Sequence record: MT478991.1
Strand: one strand, 5' to 3'
Source: Escherichia phage vB_EcoM_011D4
Length of the DNA: 64,000 nt
Positions 36,404-46,083 of this stretch are shown here, in pieces. The notes beneath the pieces are model-generated. The model saw only the letters and a list, made by a program, of their open reading frames with translations. It was not told the DNA's origin and made no database searches. A program made the position numbers and the translations under genes. How positions within the stretch are numbered: position 1 is the stretch's first letter; every line of letters starts with the position of its first letter.

Positions 36404-37093
36404 TTAGTCGGTGTAGCTGGAGTCAAGGTCACACGCGATCATGTAAGACACGGTTTCACTTGCCAGCCATACAGCCTTACGGCGAGTGAAGCTCAATTTG
36501 TAATCGCCGAAGTCGGTAGCAACCAGTTTCATGTTGTCTTTACGAATAAAGAAATGGAAGTCGGCGGTTCCTGCATATTCGCCCATATCAAGACAAAACA
36601 TCTCATTAGGATTGTTTTTGTCAATCTCTTCCCAGCCTTTGATCATCAGACGGCCATCAATCGGTAGAAATTCAAGGCGGTCCACTTTAAGCTGATTGCT
36701 CATTTTCATAAGCTGTTTCAGATCGTCGTTGCTCAGTTCGTAATCCACATCGCTTGCAGGTGGAGTAACTCGGCCTTTCGGTGATACGATAGCAGCAGCA
36801 CTAGCACCAGGATAATTAATTTTCAGACGATCATTAGACACACGAATGTTTCCGGTGCGGTTATCAACCGTAATATCTGCTTCATCGCCTACCAGATTCA
36901 GAATACCCAAGAAAGAGTTAAGATCATAGATCCCAATTTCGTGTTCCAGTTCTTGATTCAGAGTCGCTTCACCATATACAACGTTTGTCATGTTTTTGGT
37001 GATCAGGACGTTTCCTTTTTTCAGGATGATACCTGGGTTAATAGCGGAAAAGTTTTTCAGGGTAGCAATGGTTTCTTTAGTCAGTTTCATCAA
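36404..37093 (-). CDS. 45: Sliding clamp (gp45)
   Basis: 229 aa (T4 228); N-terminus KETIATLKNFSAINPGIILK...IYDLNSFLGILNLV matches gp45 as recalled. Confidence 0.85.
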   Translation of the reverse strand: MMKLTKETIATLKNFSAINPGIILKKGNVLITKNMTNVVYGEATLNQELEHEIGIYDLNSFLGILNLVGDEADITVDNRTGNIRVSNDRLKINYPGASAAAIVSPKGRVTPPASDVDYELSNDDLKQLMKMSNQLKVDRLEFLPIDGRLMIKGWEEIDKNNPNEMFCLDMGEYAGTADFHFFIRKDNMKLVATDFGDYKLSFTRRKAVWLASETVSYMIACDLDSSYTD

Positions 37094-37120
37094 ATCACCT
37101 TTATCATGTTAATCAATTAA

Positions 37121-37498
37121 TTACGGGTTTACTTCGTGCTCATTTTGAATCTTTAGCATTCTTTCGATAAATTTTTTCTCGGCTTCCTTGTCGGAGGAGT
37201 GAGTATACTTCAATCCAATGTAAGCTGTCAAGTATTGTTGCAGTGCATAGACAGTAACAGGATTCTTTGCGGTCTTTTTGCCGTCGAGATATACCAGATC
37301 ACCACGAACATCAAACGCAAGTTTACGACGAATCACATCATCAACAAATTTATCTAGGACAAAATACCACTCAATACACTCTATCCCGTGACGGTAGTTC
37401 ATTACATCATTATCTTTGATATAATCAAACGGAATATGACATAATTTACTATTTTGTAGGATGAATAGCATTTGTTCTTTTAAGCTCATACGTTTCAT
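37121..37498 (-). CDS. Hypothetical protein in the T4 rpbA position (about 125 aa)
   Basis: Directly upstream of gp45 as for T4 rpbA; assignment is positional only; ATG at 37498 has a GGGAAGTGA RBS. Confidence 0.35.
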   Translation of the reverse strand: MKRMSLKEQMLFILQNSKLCHIPFDYIKDNDVMNYRHGIECIEWYFVLDKFVDDVIRRKLAFDVRGDLVYLDGKKTAKNPVTVYALQQYLTAYIGLKYTHSSDKEAEKKFIERMLKIQNEHEVNP

Positions 37499-37502
37499 TC
37501 TA

Positions 37503-37895
37503 TCACTTCCCATCAGCAATTGCGATCAGACGAGTTACTACTACGCTAGCGGCTTCAATCAGCAGTTCATCAGTGTCAATCTGATAACTTTTTTCGAGAA
37601 TATCTTTACCTCGAATAGTTTTAGCGCCTTTAGCAATTGAATCATCGTAATACTTGCGCATTGCAGCGATCCATTCTTTTTGCACCATATCATCAATATG
37701 AGCGTACAGTTCAAAGCGTGCTTGCTGCGGGATAACCTTCATTTTAGCTTTCTCGCTTTCTGGCATTTGTAGTACCCACGCTTTACGGATCTTGTTCATT
37801 GCTCGGTCAAATTCGAGACTGGTTTTCTTGTTCTGAATGTCTGCTACAGTAATTTTAGCCAGGTTTGCGGAAGTAGTCATAATATTAATCTCCAA
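37503..37895 (-). CDS. Hypothetical protein (130 aa)
   Basis: ORF between gp46 and gp45. Confidence 0.4.
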   Translation of the reverse strand: MEINIMTTSANLAKITVADIQNKKTSLEFDRAMNKIRKAWVLQMPESEKAKMKVIPQQARFELYAHIDDMVQKEWIAAMRKYYDDSIAKGAKTIRGKDILEKSYQIDTDELLIEAASVVVTRLIAIADGK

Positions 37896-37910
37896 AATAA
37901 AATCAGTATA

Positions 37911-38141
37911 TCACGTTCTAAAGTTTGTTGCAACCCCAGCATCAGGGTAATCAAGTTTATCAAATTTGGGGACCAGCATAAACTCATGATGACGACAAGA
38001 CAACATTTTTGTTATGTCTTCATCGCTGTATATGCTGTTTTTCATATCCCCCATACTAACTACATATTCTTCACCGGAATATAGATTGATTAATGTATAC
38101 AATTCTAACTCCGGCTGCGTTACTCTGTCAAATGTTAACAT
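37911..38141 (-). CDS. Hypothetical protein (76 aa)
   Basis: Small ORF overlapping the gp46 3' end. Confidence 0.35.
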   Translation of the reverse strand: MLTFDRVTQPELELYTLINLYSGEEYVVSMGDMKNSIYSDEDITKMLSCRHHEFMLVPKFDKLDYPDAGVATNFRT

Positions 38142-39810
38142 TCATTTCAGTGAATCGCCCACGTTTAACCATCTTGAGATGACGGCTAAAATCATCAGGG
38201 TTATGGTCACGATGGCTGATAATATACACGTTATCATCTAACTTGTCAATGATGGAATCAAGTGCTTTTACGCCTTGAACGTCAGTAGCCCCATCATAGA
38301 TTTCATCGAGTACCAACAAAGAAATATTAGTACCAGATACTTTACCAGCAACATCACGCCATGTAAAGAGCATCGCAAGATCAATACGTGCTTTTTCGCC
38401 TTGACTGAATGATGTATACGAAAACGATTCACGCCCCCGTGATTTGATTGTTTCGTTAAACTCTTCATCTAACGTAAAGATATAATCCGCTTCCATGATC
38501 TCCAGATAATAAGCAATTCGATCATTGAAATATGGAATATATTTCTTGACGATAGACGCCTTAACACCGGAATCCTTCAACATTTCTGTTACAAATCCGC
38601 GATGATATTTTTCAAGAACTAGTTTTGATTTTTCATTGGTAATCTCTACCAGTTCGTGTTCCAGTTTAGCAAGTTCTTCGGAATTGTCAACCCTTTCTTT
38701 TTGTAATTCCTGAATTGCTTTCTGGATCTGTTTAGCCCGACCTACAGATGCCGTTAAATTAGCTCTCTGTGACTCTATAGCGCGTTTAATTTCCAAGACC
38801 TTAGTTTGTGCTGTCTGGAAAGAATTGGCTTTCTCTGCGTATTCTACGCGCTTCTCGTCAATCAGAGACAGCTTATGTTCTGCTTGTGCTTTTTGCTCGC
38901 GCACCGCTTGATCATTACCTTGAATGATCGGTTGTGTACACGTCGGACAAACCCCGCCTTTCTCGTGCATATGGATAACACGGTCAAAGTTCTGGATCTG
39001 CGCACCAATCTGAGCAATAGCAGTATTGATTTTAGCCAATGCCGCGCTGGGGTCTTCCGGCATAACAACAGCCAATAGCTCATCGGTCAAGCGCGTTTCT
39101 TCGGCTTTAAATGCTTTAGCCGATTCTACCTCTTTATCATACATATTCTGTAAACGCTGGAGATTCTCGGCACTCGCCTTGCTAGCGTCTTCTATGTACT
39201 TTTTATGAGTGTTGATTTGTTGCTGAACGTGATTAGCTTTCATTTCCTGCATTTGGATATTCTGGGTAATCTCGCGCACATATGCTTTATTCAGTTTATC
39301 CATTTCGCCTAGCGTAGCAATATCAAGCAAATCCTCGACCAGCTTACGGCGACCCGCTGCCGGAAGACTCATAAACGGAACATAACCAGCAGTGCCTAAA
39401 ACAACGATCTGTTTAAAGCTGGCTAGGTTCATGCCTATGATACCTTCAAAATATTCCTGAAAGTCTTTGGTGCTTGCGCTCTCGTCGATCTTTTGACCGT
39501 CGCGATGCACTTCGAATACTTCCGGCTTTTGACCACGTTTGATATAAAACTCTTTCCCGTCCAGTTCAAACCAGACTTCGACTAACAGTTTCTTTTTGTT
39601 GACGCTGTTAATCAATTGGCCTTTCTTGATACTACGAAACGGTTTACCAAACAACACAAAGCAAAGCGCCTCGATCATTGTTGATTTACCAGCACCGTTA
39701 ACACCAGTGATTAGTGTCTTTTTGAATCCGTCTAGCTGAATCTCAACAGGTTCAGCACCCACGCTCATTATATTTTGATAGCGCAAGGTTTTAAAATTTA
39801 ACTTTGCCAT
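38128..39810 (-). CDS. 46: Recombination endonuclease subunit gp46 (Rad50/SbcC-like)
   Basis: Walker A GVNGAGKST; zinc hook CPTC; LLVLDEIYDG; blocks FSYTSFSQGEKARIDLAMLFTWRD and KYIPYFN match gp46 as recalled. Start at ATG 39810 (MAKLNF). Confidence 0.9.
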   Translation of the reverse strand: MAKLNFKTLRYQNIMSVGAEPVEIQLDGFKKTLITGVNGAGKSTMIEALCFVLFGKPFRSIKKGQLINSVNKKKLLVEVWFELDGKEFYIKRGQKPEVFEVHRDGQKIDESASTKDFQEYFEGIIGMNLASFKQIVVLGTAGYVPFMSLPAAGRRKLVEDLLDIATLGEMDKLNKAYVREITQNIQMQEMKANHVQQQINTHKKYIEDASKASAENLQRLQNMYDKEVESAKAFKAEETRLTDELLAVVMPEDPSAALAKINTAIAQIGAQIQNFDRVIHMHEKGGVCPTCTQPIIQGNDQAVREQKAQAEHKLSLIDEKRVEYAEKANSFQTAQTKVLEIKRAIESQRANLTASVGRAKQIQKAIQELQKERVDNSEELAKLEHELVEITNEKSKLVLEKYHRGFVTEMLKDSGVKASIVKKYIPYFNDRIAYYLEIMEADYIFTLDEEFNETIKSRGRESFSYTSFSQGEKARIDLAMLFTWRDVAGKVSGTNISLLVLDEIYDGATDVQGVKALDSIIDKLDDNVYIISHRDHNPDDFSRHLKMVKRGRFTEMNVNI

Positions 39811-40054
39811 TAATCCACTCCGCAATCACACATTCCATAATATTAAATGCTAACACATCTTCATCAATGTTGTAAACACTTGCAGCCTTCACTTTAACTA
39901 GTGTGTCTCTGCGATCTGGCAACATGATCACATAATCCAGCGTCGCCGGATCATATGTCATAAAGGGATCAATGTAAATCCCTTTATTCAATGCCAGATA
40001 TTCGCGAAGACCTTCTATAACCCTGTGTCTAAGGTAGGTCATCGATAGAATCAT
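39791..40054 (-). CDS. Hypothetical protein (87 aa)
   Basis: ORF between gp47 and gp46. Confidence 0.4.
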   Translation of the reverse strand: MILSMTYLRHRVIEGLREYLALNKGIYIDPFMTYDPATLDYVIMLPDRRDTLVKVKAASVYNIDEDVLAFNIMECVIAEWINGKVKF

Positions 40055-40623
40055 TTTAGTTTATGTTCCTCTAAAAATTCTTCAATTTCACCTTGCAGGT
40101 CTTCCGCTTGCTGTTCCAGAATATCGCGAAATTCACCTACAGTCAAGCGGTGATCACATTTCACCAGTCTATGCGGGAGAATATACCCCTTGTACATTGT
40201 CTCTGACGCTTCCAGGAATACCCCGCTATGCATGACAGAGATCCAACCTGTTAGAGTCAATGGAGTATTCGGAAAATAATATTTGCTGGATTGTTTCCAC
40301 TGGACGAAAGCACCATATACAATCGGATTATATTCACCAACCACACTCTTAATAATAGCTTCTACTTTGTCTTTTACAAATACGCCCATATCCATATTGA
40401 TCATCAATTCTTGTGGATGTACCACTTTAAGATAACGATGATAACCATCATCATAATACAGCTTAACCACTGGCTGACCCCACGTAGATGAAATATTCGC
40501 TTTCAGATAACCATAAATCGGATTCTTGTAATGTGATTGTTTTATCGTGTAGTTATGCAACAGCGTAATAAAATGTTGCATTACCAGTTTATCTGGATCA
40601 GCCGCGACCATAGTCGTATTCAT
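40051..40623 (-). CDS. Hypothetical protein (about 190 aa)
   Basis: Start at ATG 40623 with AAGGGGGAA RBS; the track start may be an over-extension. Confidence 0.4.
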   Translation of the reverse strand: MNTTMVAADPDKLVMQHFITLLHNYTIKQSHYKNPIYGYLKANISSTWGQPVVKLYYDDGYHRYLKVVHPQELMINMDMGVFVKDKVEAIIKSVVGEYNPIVYGAFVQWKQSSKYYFPNTPLTLTGWISVMHSGVFLEASETMYKGYILPHRLVKCDHRLTVGEFRDILEQQAEDLQGEIEEFLEEHKLK

Positions 40624-40915
40624 AATATGTTCCCCCTTCAATCTCATATTGTTTCAGGTCTTCTAAAAGTTCATCCATTGCTTGTTTCAGCACATGACGC
40701 AGCGTAAAATAATAGCTTTCATCAAATTCTATTTCATCGCGAGGAATAGAGCGAAACTTACACTTAACGGTAGTGTCAGTGAGTCGCTTTTCGAGCATCA
40801 TACGAACTTCTTCATGATCTTTGGAATACCATACATCAACGGAGATCCCCTTACGGCGAGCAAACATAGGCAACGCTGCATTAAATTCCATTACTTTTTG
40901 TGCAAGTGTTTTCAT
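40598..40915 (-). CDS. Hypothetical protein (105 aa)
   Basis: ORF between gp47 and gp46. Confidence 0.4.
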   Translation of the reverse strand: MKTLAQKVMEFNAALPMFARRKGISVDVWYSKDHEEVRMMLEKRLTDTTVKCKFRSIPRDEIEFDESYYFTLRHVLKQAMDELLEDLKQYEIEGGTYYEYDYGRG

Positions 40916-41163
40916 CGTACAGACTCCATAGACCCACGAGCAATAACATTCTGGGTAATATCAGCAACCTTACGGGATACGATGGTTGCTAGTTCCAGTC
41001 TAGTGATATTGTCTCGGTCGAAAGGAATTTCATCATGTGTCCACATCCCGTAATTAGAACGGAAGGATAGCATATGTTGACCATTCCGAACAACCTCAAA
41101 AACTCGGATCTTAGTAAACTTCTCTAAACTTGCGTTAAATTCTTTCAGTGTGTCAGTAATCAT
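40912..41163 (-). CDS. Hypothetical protein (83 aa)
   Basis: First ORF downstream of the promoter at 41188. Confidence 0.4.
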   Translation of the reverse strand: MITDTLKEFNASLEKFTKIRVFEVVRNGQHMLSFRSNYGMWTHDEIPFDRDNITRLELATIVSRKVADITQNVIARGSMESVR

Positions 41164-41187
41164 AATAACCTCCCATCAATTTTAGAG

Positions 41188-41216
41188 AGTATAACGGGGA
41201 TTTCTCCCCGCGTCAA
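41188..41216 (-). promoter_or_regulatory. Sigma70-like early promoter (TTGACG-N17-TATACT) with spacer palindrome
   Basis: - strand TTGACGcggggagaaatccccgtTATACT directly after the gp47 stop; spacer holds CGGGGA-GAAA-TCCCCG. Confidence 0.55.
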
Positions 41217-42242
41217 CTAACTTTTTGCGCTATTTACTTCGGCTAAAAGTTCATCAGAGATACGCTTAACTGCCGCAAGTTCTTCCGGTTCTAGGTTTTG
41301 TTCTTCCAGATATTCATAGACCATCTGAATAGTGCTTTTAACTTCAATAACACCTGTTTCCTGTGATGCGCTACTCTCCAGCTTATGGACAACTTTTAGC
41401 TTATGCACAACGGCTTCTAACGCGCTTTCTAACTTAGTTAACCCATTATCAGCGACCGTTGCAATTAGGCGCACACTAAGCCCTTTAAAGCGTTCTACAT
41501 CGATTTTATCATCTGACGGGTAAGCGATACGCACATGATAAGTTTTGTCATTCTGGATAAACTCCTTTTTGTGTGTATCTGTATCGAATACCCAAAAACC
41601 ACGCGGATCATTTTCGTCGCCAGCCGTTAGTGTGTATGGTGTACCGATATACGTTACGTTACCGCCATCACTGATAGTATGAAAGTGACCGGAAAACACT
41701 TCACGGTATTTCTTGAGGAAGTCCGCGCTATAACCTTCGGATTTTAACCCTTTATAGAAATAGTAGCCGGACAATTCCCAATGGCCTACACAATATTCGC
41801 TGAATGAATTTTGAATAAACTCTAAAACCTCGGATTTATTGTCATCACAAAACCACGGGAACAGGTCGAATGATACCCCATCAAAGGTAACTGTTTCCGG
41901 CTTATCAATAACCTTAATGCAATCATACTGGCTTAACACTTCGCGCGGTGCGTTAGGCTGGATCTTATTGCGTTTAAACATATCATGATTCCCGACCGTG
42001 ATATAACAGGTGATTCCTGCCTCTTCCAGTAATGGGATGACCTTAGTACGGTTAAATTTCATGGTTTCATGTGTGATAGCCTTGCGACAATCAAACCAAT
42101 CCCCTGTTTGAATCCATATCTTAATACCGTTTTCTTTAGAATAATCAACAGCTTTCTTGATCGTGTCTAAAATATACTCATGCACCCACGGATCATCGCC
42201 ACCGATACCAGTATGCAGATCACCCAAAAGCAAAATTTTCAT
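41217..42242 (-). CDS. 47: Recombination endonuclease subunit gp47 (Mre11/SbcD-like)
   Basis: 341 aa; phosphoesterase motifs (LLLGDLH, GDWFD, VGNHD, GHWE, GHFH); blocks GTPYTLTAGDENDPRGFWVFDTDT match gp47 as recalled. Confidence 0.9.
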   Translation of the reverse strand: MKILLLGDLHTGIGGDDPWVHEYILDTIKKAVDYSKENGIKIWIQTGDWFDCRKAITHETMKFNRTKVIPLLEEAGITCYITVGNHDMFKRNKIQPNAPREVLSQYDCIKVIDKPETVTFDGVSFDLFPWFCDDNKSEVLEFIQNSFSEYCVGHWELSGYYFYKGLKSEGYSADFLKKYREVFSGHFHTISDGGNVTYIGTPYTLTAGDENDPRGFWVFDTDTHKKEFIQNDKTYHVRIAYPSDDKIDVERFKGLSVRLIATVADNGLTKLESALEAVVHKLKVVHKLESSASQETGVIEVKSTIQMVYEYLEEQNLEPEELAAVKRISDELLAEVNSAKS

Positions 42243-42291
42243 AGTCTCTTCCTCTCTTCGTTTTCGATGCTCTCACTATATCATAGAAAAA

Positions 42292-42324
42292 TAAAAAGGG
42301 AAACCCCTTTCGGAGTCTCCCTTA
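42292..42324 (-). terminator. Rho-independent terminator upstream of gp47
   Basis: - strand 12-bp stem AAGGGAGACTCC-GAAA-GGGGTTTCCCTT (GAAA tetraloop, two G-U pairs) followed by TTTTAT. Confidence 0.6.
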
Positions 42325-42332
42325 TAAAGCCA

Positions 42333-42620
42333 TTACAGCATACTTAATACCGTTTGCCGTGTACTAATCCACATAGCAGAAAGCAGTTCTGGCGTGTGTG
42401 GCTGTTTGTAGATATCACGTAACTTTCCGATAGCGTAGATATACGCATCACGGTTATCATCGATGATAGCTTGTTCAGCCCACCGCTTAAGGCGTGCAAT
42501 CTCTCGCGAGTTCTTACGCAAGATCTTTTCCGCTTTCTTAGCGGCTTTAGCCTCTAGTTCTGCTTGTACTTTGTCTACTTCATTCACTGCAATCTGGTCA
42601 TGCTGTTCATCGTAAGTCAT
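42333..42620 (-). CDS. Hypothetical protein (95 aa)
   Basis: ORF between gp55 and gp47. Confidence 0.4.
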   Translation of the reverse strand: MTYDEQHDQIAVNEVDKVQAELEAKAAKKAEKILRKNSREIARLKRWAEQAIIDDNRDAYIYAIGKLRDIYKQPHTPELLSAMWISTRQTVLSML

Positions 42621-42856
42621 GTTATTTTTCCTTCTGGGATATAATCAATTATTAAAGAAAATTCATCTTCTGATACATTATAGCTATGTGAGATTGTACC
42701 CGTAAAGACCTCAAGATCCGGTGATTTGATATTGCACGGATCGATAATCACCGGAACGCCGCAATCTCTCAAAAATAATTTGGCGAAATACGGCACGAGG
42801 TCAGTTTCAAACTCTGCTTCTTCCAGCAAACGGGAAATGTTAATTTTCAATCTCAT
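42617..42856 (-). CDS. Hypothetical protein (79 aa)
   Basis: ORF between gp55 and gp47; overlaps the gp55 3' end. Confidence 0.4.
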   Translation of the reverse strand: MRLKINISRLLEEAEFETDLVPYFAKLFLRDCGVPVIIDPCNIKSPDLEVFTGTISHSYNVSEDEFSLIIDYIPEGKIT

Positions 42857-43373
42857 AAAATTGGTCCAGGCTAGGCAATTCCTCGGTCAATACATCTTCA
42901 ACCTTTGGCGCTTTCGGTTTATTGACCGATTCCTCGTAGTTGTTGATTTTATCGTAAATGTCCTGTATGAATGCCTCATCAGCAATCTGGCACATATCAG
43001 CGTCGCGTTCGTCATATACATGATGCACAAAATATTTGTATTTTGCGGCTGTCGCTGTTCTCTCTTTTTTAATGCGCTGTACAAAAGCATTAAAGCACGC
43101 TTGCGTGATGTAAGCATGAGGATTTTTATACTTTGTCTCGTCAAAATTAATCAAACCCTTGACCGCCGCTTCGATTCCGTCGTCGATCATTTCTTCGCGC
43201 CATGTTTGACTATAGCCAGAAAAGTTAAAACGTCGTGATAGATTTTTTGAGATTTGCATAATTGCCAGGCCAATTTGATCGCTCATTGGCACTTGCCGAC
43301 CTTCGGCTGCAATTCGTTGTTTCCAACGGCAAATTTCTTCGTAAAGCTCTTTATTGTTTACATAATCAGACAC
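42840..43373 (-). CDS. 55: Late-transcription sigma factor gp55
   Basis: Blocks [65 protein letters not shown] match gp55 as recalled; start codon appears to be GTG. Confidence 0.85.
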   Translation of the reverse strand: MSDYVNNKELYEEICRWKQRIAAEGRQVPMSDQIGLAIMQISKNLSRRFNFSGYSQTWREEMIDDGIEAAVKGLINFDETKYKNPHAYITQACFNAFVQRIKKERTATAAKYKYFVHHVYDERDADMCQIADEAFIQDIYDKINNYEESVNKPKAPKVEDVLTEELPSLDQFYEIEN

Positions 43374-43413
43374 TTCGCACCCTCGCTATTATTTAGGAAA
43401 TAACCCTTTCGGG

Positions 43414-44883
43414 CTATTCCCCATTACCATTATACTTTCTTTGCTTAGTTATCCACACTCTAACCATCTCTACAGATTCGCCGTCAGACGGATCAAGAGT
43501 TTTTCCCTTTTTCTTCATGCGGTACTTAAATCCGTTAAATCTTGCATTCTCTTGTTCGTTAAAGTCGAACATCTTTTTAAATGATTTTCGCCCTTTACGC
43601 TCACCACATTCTAGCGGAATCATTCGGTCTGTTATTACATTGGCATTAGGTAGAAACGTTTTTAGATAATCTACCAACGCCCAATCAGGAACATATAGAT
43701 TAACATTCTCCTTGCTCTCGTTGTCTCTCAGGTTACAACGCAAACATAATTGAAATGCTGGTTCCAGATAATCAGACACATGACGCGCTTTCAAAAACTC
43801 ATTTGTTGGAAGATCGCAACTGTGCGCCAATCCTTTTAAAATGTCAATCTCCCATCGTTGAGGGTTAAAGCTGAACATCACAGCAACATTTTTATGATGA
43901 ATGTAAGAGTTAAGGCCATAAGATCCGTATGGTATCCGCTCACCAATACCATTTGTGCACGCTTCACGGTCCCTATTCACGGTATAAATGAAGTCATCAC
44001 CACATTCATTTTTAACCATATCAACTAGACGTTCAAAGGTATTGTTTGTTTCTGACTGGTGACGCGACCAGCGTTCGGAGTCCGTCATAAGGATGATATT
44101 AACTCTATCTGTATTTTTATACTCTTTGAAATATAGTCTGGATTCTAGAGCACTCGGAACAAAATCGCAATTTGCATAGTATCGTAGATACTTCCCGCTA
44201 TATGTATCAAAGAGATTTGCACATGCTATCGTAACCTTTTTAAAGTCTCCCCATGTACCGTGTTTGTTATCGTTCAAGAAAACAATTTTCGACCCATTCT
44301 TCCGGTGTCCTTCGTTATGTTTTACCATAACGTTGATTTTCTTCTCTAATAACGCCTCATAAAGCCCTCTAAGAGAAGAATCGATCATATCAGTACCATC
44401 CTTTGCACTTTCTATCTTTTCTTTGATAGCGGCCTTCTCAGAGTCTTTTAGAACTAGGTTCTGTAGACATTCCGATTCGTCGGCGATTGGTTCGCAATGC
44501 TTCGTGATAAGTTCAAGATTAGACTTAAACGGATACTCATTAAATTCAACCAGTTGAGGAACTTCATCAATGTAAAGAGCATAATCACCAAACATTTTTG
44601 AACGTTCCATATTAGATAACGCAGTATGTGTAATGAATATCACATCAGCACCGTCTTTAACTGATTGCATTATCGACGCTTGCACTGTCTTAAGGCTTCT
44701 TAGTCTTGTGCTATCGATCAAGACAGCACGACCGCCCATTCTTTTAAACTTATTGTAAGATTGTTCACTTAAAACACGAGATGGCGAAGCAATAACCGCT
44801 TTTTCTTTTGTCTCTAGGACGTGGGAAAGTATAGCATCAGTTTTCCCCGCCGCTGGCAATGCGATTAATGTTTCAATCTTCAT
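43414..44883 (-). CDS. P-loop NTPase of unknown function (489 aa)
   Basis: Walker A at residues 8-15 (ALPAAGKT) and Walker B-like ALYIDEVP near residue 105; large uncharacterised C-terminal region; ATG overlaps the upstream stop. Confidence 0.5.
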   Translation of the reverse strand: MKIETLIALPAAGKTDAILSHVLETKEKAVIASPSRVLSEQSYNKFKRMGGRAVLIDSTRLRSLKTVQASIMQSVKDGADVIFITHTALSNMERSKMFGDYALYIDEVPQLVEFNEYPFKSNLELITKHCEPIADESECLQNLVLKDSEKAAIKEKIESAKDGTDMIDSSLRGLYEALLEKKINVMVKHNEGHRKNGSKIVFLNDNKHGTWGDFKKVTIACANLFDTYSGKYLRYYANCDFVPSALESRLYFKEYKNTDRVNIILMTDSERWSRHQSETNNTFERLVDMVKNECGDDFIYTVNRDREACTNGIGERIPYGSYGLNSYIHHKNVAVMFSFNPQRWEIDILKGLAHSCDLPTNEFLKARHVSDYLEPAFQLCLRCNLRDNESKENVNLYVPDWALVDYLKTFLPNANVITDRMIPLECGERKGRKSFKKMFDFNEQENARFNGFKYRMKKKGKTLDPSDGESVEMVRVWITKQRKYNGNGE

Positions 44884-45170
44884 TAGAAACCCTTACGTCG
44901 TGCTTTCTGGCATTTCTTGATCATTTTATCAGAAATTTCGCGCTTAGGTGCAATCTCTTTCACACCGAAAGCACTAATGCCAAATTCAGAGAGAATATAT
45001 TCAACTAACAATTCACGCACACGCGCTTTACCGATATTCACGCCGTTATTTTTCAGATATGTCTGGCCTTCGACTTGCATCAGATCTAAATCTGCGTCGG
45101 TAATATTGATTTCTTCCATGCGCCCAAATCGAGAATAAACCATGTGTGCGATTGCATTGTGTACTAACAT
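44883..45170 (-). CDS. Hypothetical protein (about 95 aa)
   Basis: Track start is TTG; first ATG at 45170; stop overlaps the start of the P-loop gene. Confidence 0.4.
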   Translation of the reverse strand: MLVHNAIAHMVYSRFGRMEEINITDADLDLMQVEGQTYLKNNGVNIGKARVRELLVEYILSEFGISAFGVKEIAPKREISDKMIKKCQKARRKGF

Positions 45171-45191
45171 AATATATTCCTCACTCAAGAA

Positions 45192-45350
45192 TTACTTAAT
45201 GATACTTACTTTACCAGATCCGTGACAATGAGCGCAACACCCATCACCACACAATCCTGTTCCGTTACAGTGTTTACACTTCTTCAACGGTAAAGCCATT
45301 ATAACAAATAAAGCAATAATGAACACCGAAACTAAATTCTCAATAATCAT
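45192..45350 (-). CDS. Possible membrane-anchored Cys-rich mini-protein (52 aa) with DnaJ-type zinc-finger repeats
   Basis: MIIENLVSVFIIALFVIMALPLKKCKHCNGTGLCGDGCCAHCHGSGKVSIIK: N-terminal TM helix plus two CxxCxGxG units; ATG overlaps the glutaredoxin-like gene's 3' end; below ORF-track threshold. Confidence 0.35.
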   Translation of the reverse strand: MIIENLVSVFIIALFVIMALPLKKCKHCNGTGLCGDGCCAHCHGSGKVSIIK

Positions 45351-45609
45351 AAATCGCCCTCAGTTCTTTATAGCCTCCAATGTGCTCGTTGTCAATGAAT
45401 ATCTGGGGGTATACAAATCGGAGGCTCTTTGAGTTCAGCCTCCCCGCCAGTTCTTCAATCATATCACGGTCGGGAATAATGTCAACCCCGACCTGCTTGA
45501 ATACTGGTTTAAGTGTATACGGAATACCCAGATCATCCAGTAGCTTCATTGCACCAATACAACCATAACAATGATAAGCCTCTTTCGGTATGCCGTATAT
45601 CTCGATCAT
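45340..45609 (-). CDS. Glutaredoxin-like protein (NrdH/glutaredoxin family)
   Basis: 89 aa; N-terminal CxxC (HCYGC), cis-Pro motif VYPQIF and GGY typical of glutaredoxin/thioredoxin fold; near nrdG/nrdD. Confidence 0.55.
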   Translation of the reverse strand: MIEIYGIPKEAYHCYGCIGAMKLLDDLGIPYTLKPVFKQVGVDIIPDRDMIEELAGRLNSKSLRFVYPQIFIDNEHIGGYKELRAIYDY

Positions 45610-46082
45610 TTCTCAGCCTTTAATCTTTCTAGTTCTTCTTCCAGTTCCTTGATCCGTTGGTCACGTTCAAAGTCACGCTGCAACTTAGTGGCGAATACTC
45701 GTTTAAACTGATTGTAATCATCGATTTTAAACACTTCTTCTTCGCCATAGCGACGCACAGAAACTTCGTAGTTATTGAAGAATTGTTGCATCATTGCTTC
45801 GGATGATAGTTCTGCTGATACTACTTTAAAATATTGATCTTCTGTAGGCGAAAACCAATTACAAGCATAAAGATAAACCTTTTCATTGTCTGGACACTGG
45901 TAAGCCTTACCATCGATTTCAATCACAGAAACATATTCAGGCATAGTAGATGAATCAATAGCTAAGACTTTAAACTGACGGTCCCCGATAAACTCGGAGA
46001 TCACACGATTCGCATCACTGGTTGCAAAGGCTTTACGCGCTTGTTCGCTTTTCCACTGATAGGTCATACCAACAACAAACAT
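45606..46082 (-). CDS. Hypothetical protein; member of multi-copy module family (1 module)
   Basis: N-terminal module VGMTYQWKSEQARKAF...FKVL...VSVIEIDGKAY shared with the next three genes and with 52293..54381. Confidence 0.5.
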   Translation of the reverse strand: MFVVGMTYQWKSEQARKAFATSDANRVISEFIGDRQFKVLAIDSSTMPEYVSVIEIDGKAYQCPDNEKVYLYACNWFSPTEDQYFKVVSAELSSEAMMQQFFNNYEVSVRRYGEEEVFKIDDYNQFKRVFATKLQRDFERDQRIKELEEELERLKAEK

Positions 46083-46083
46083 A

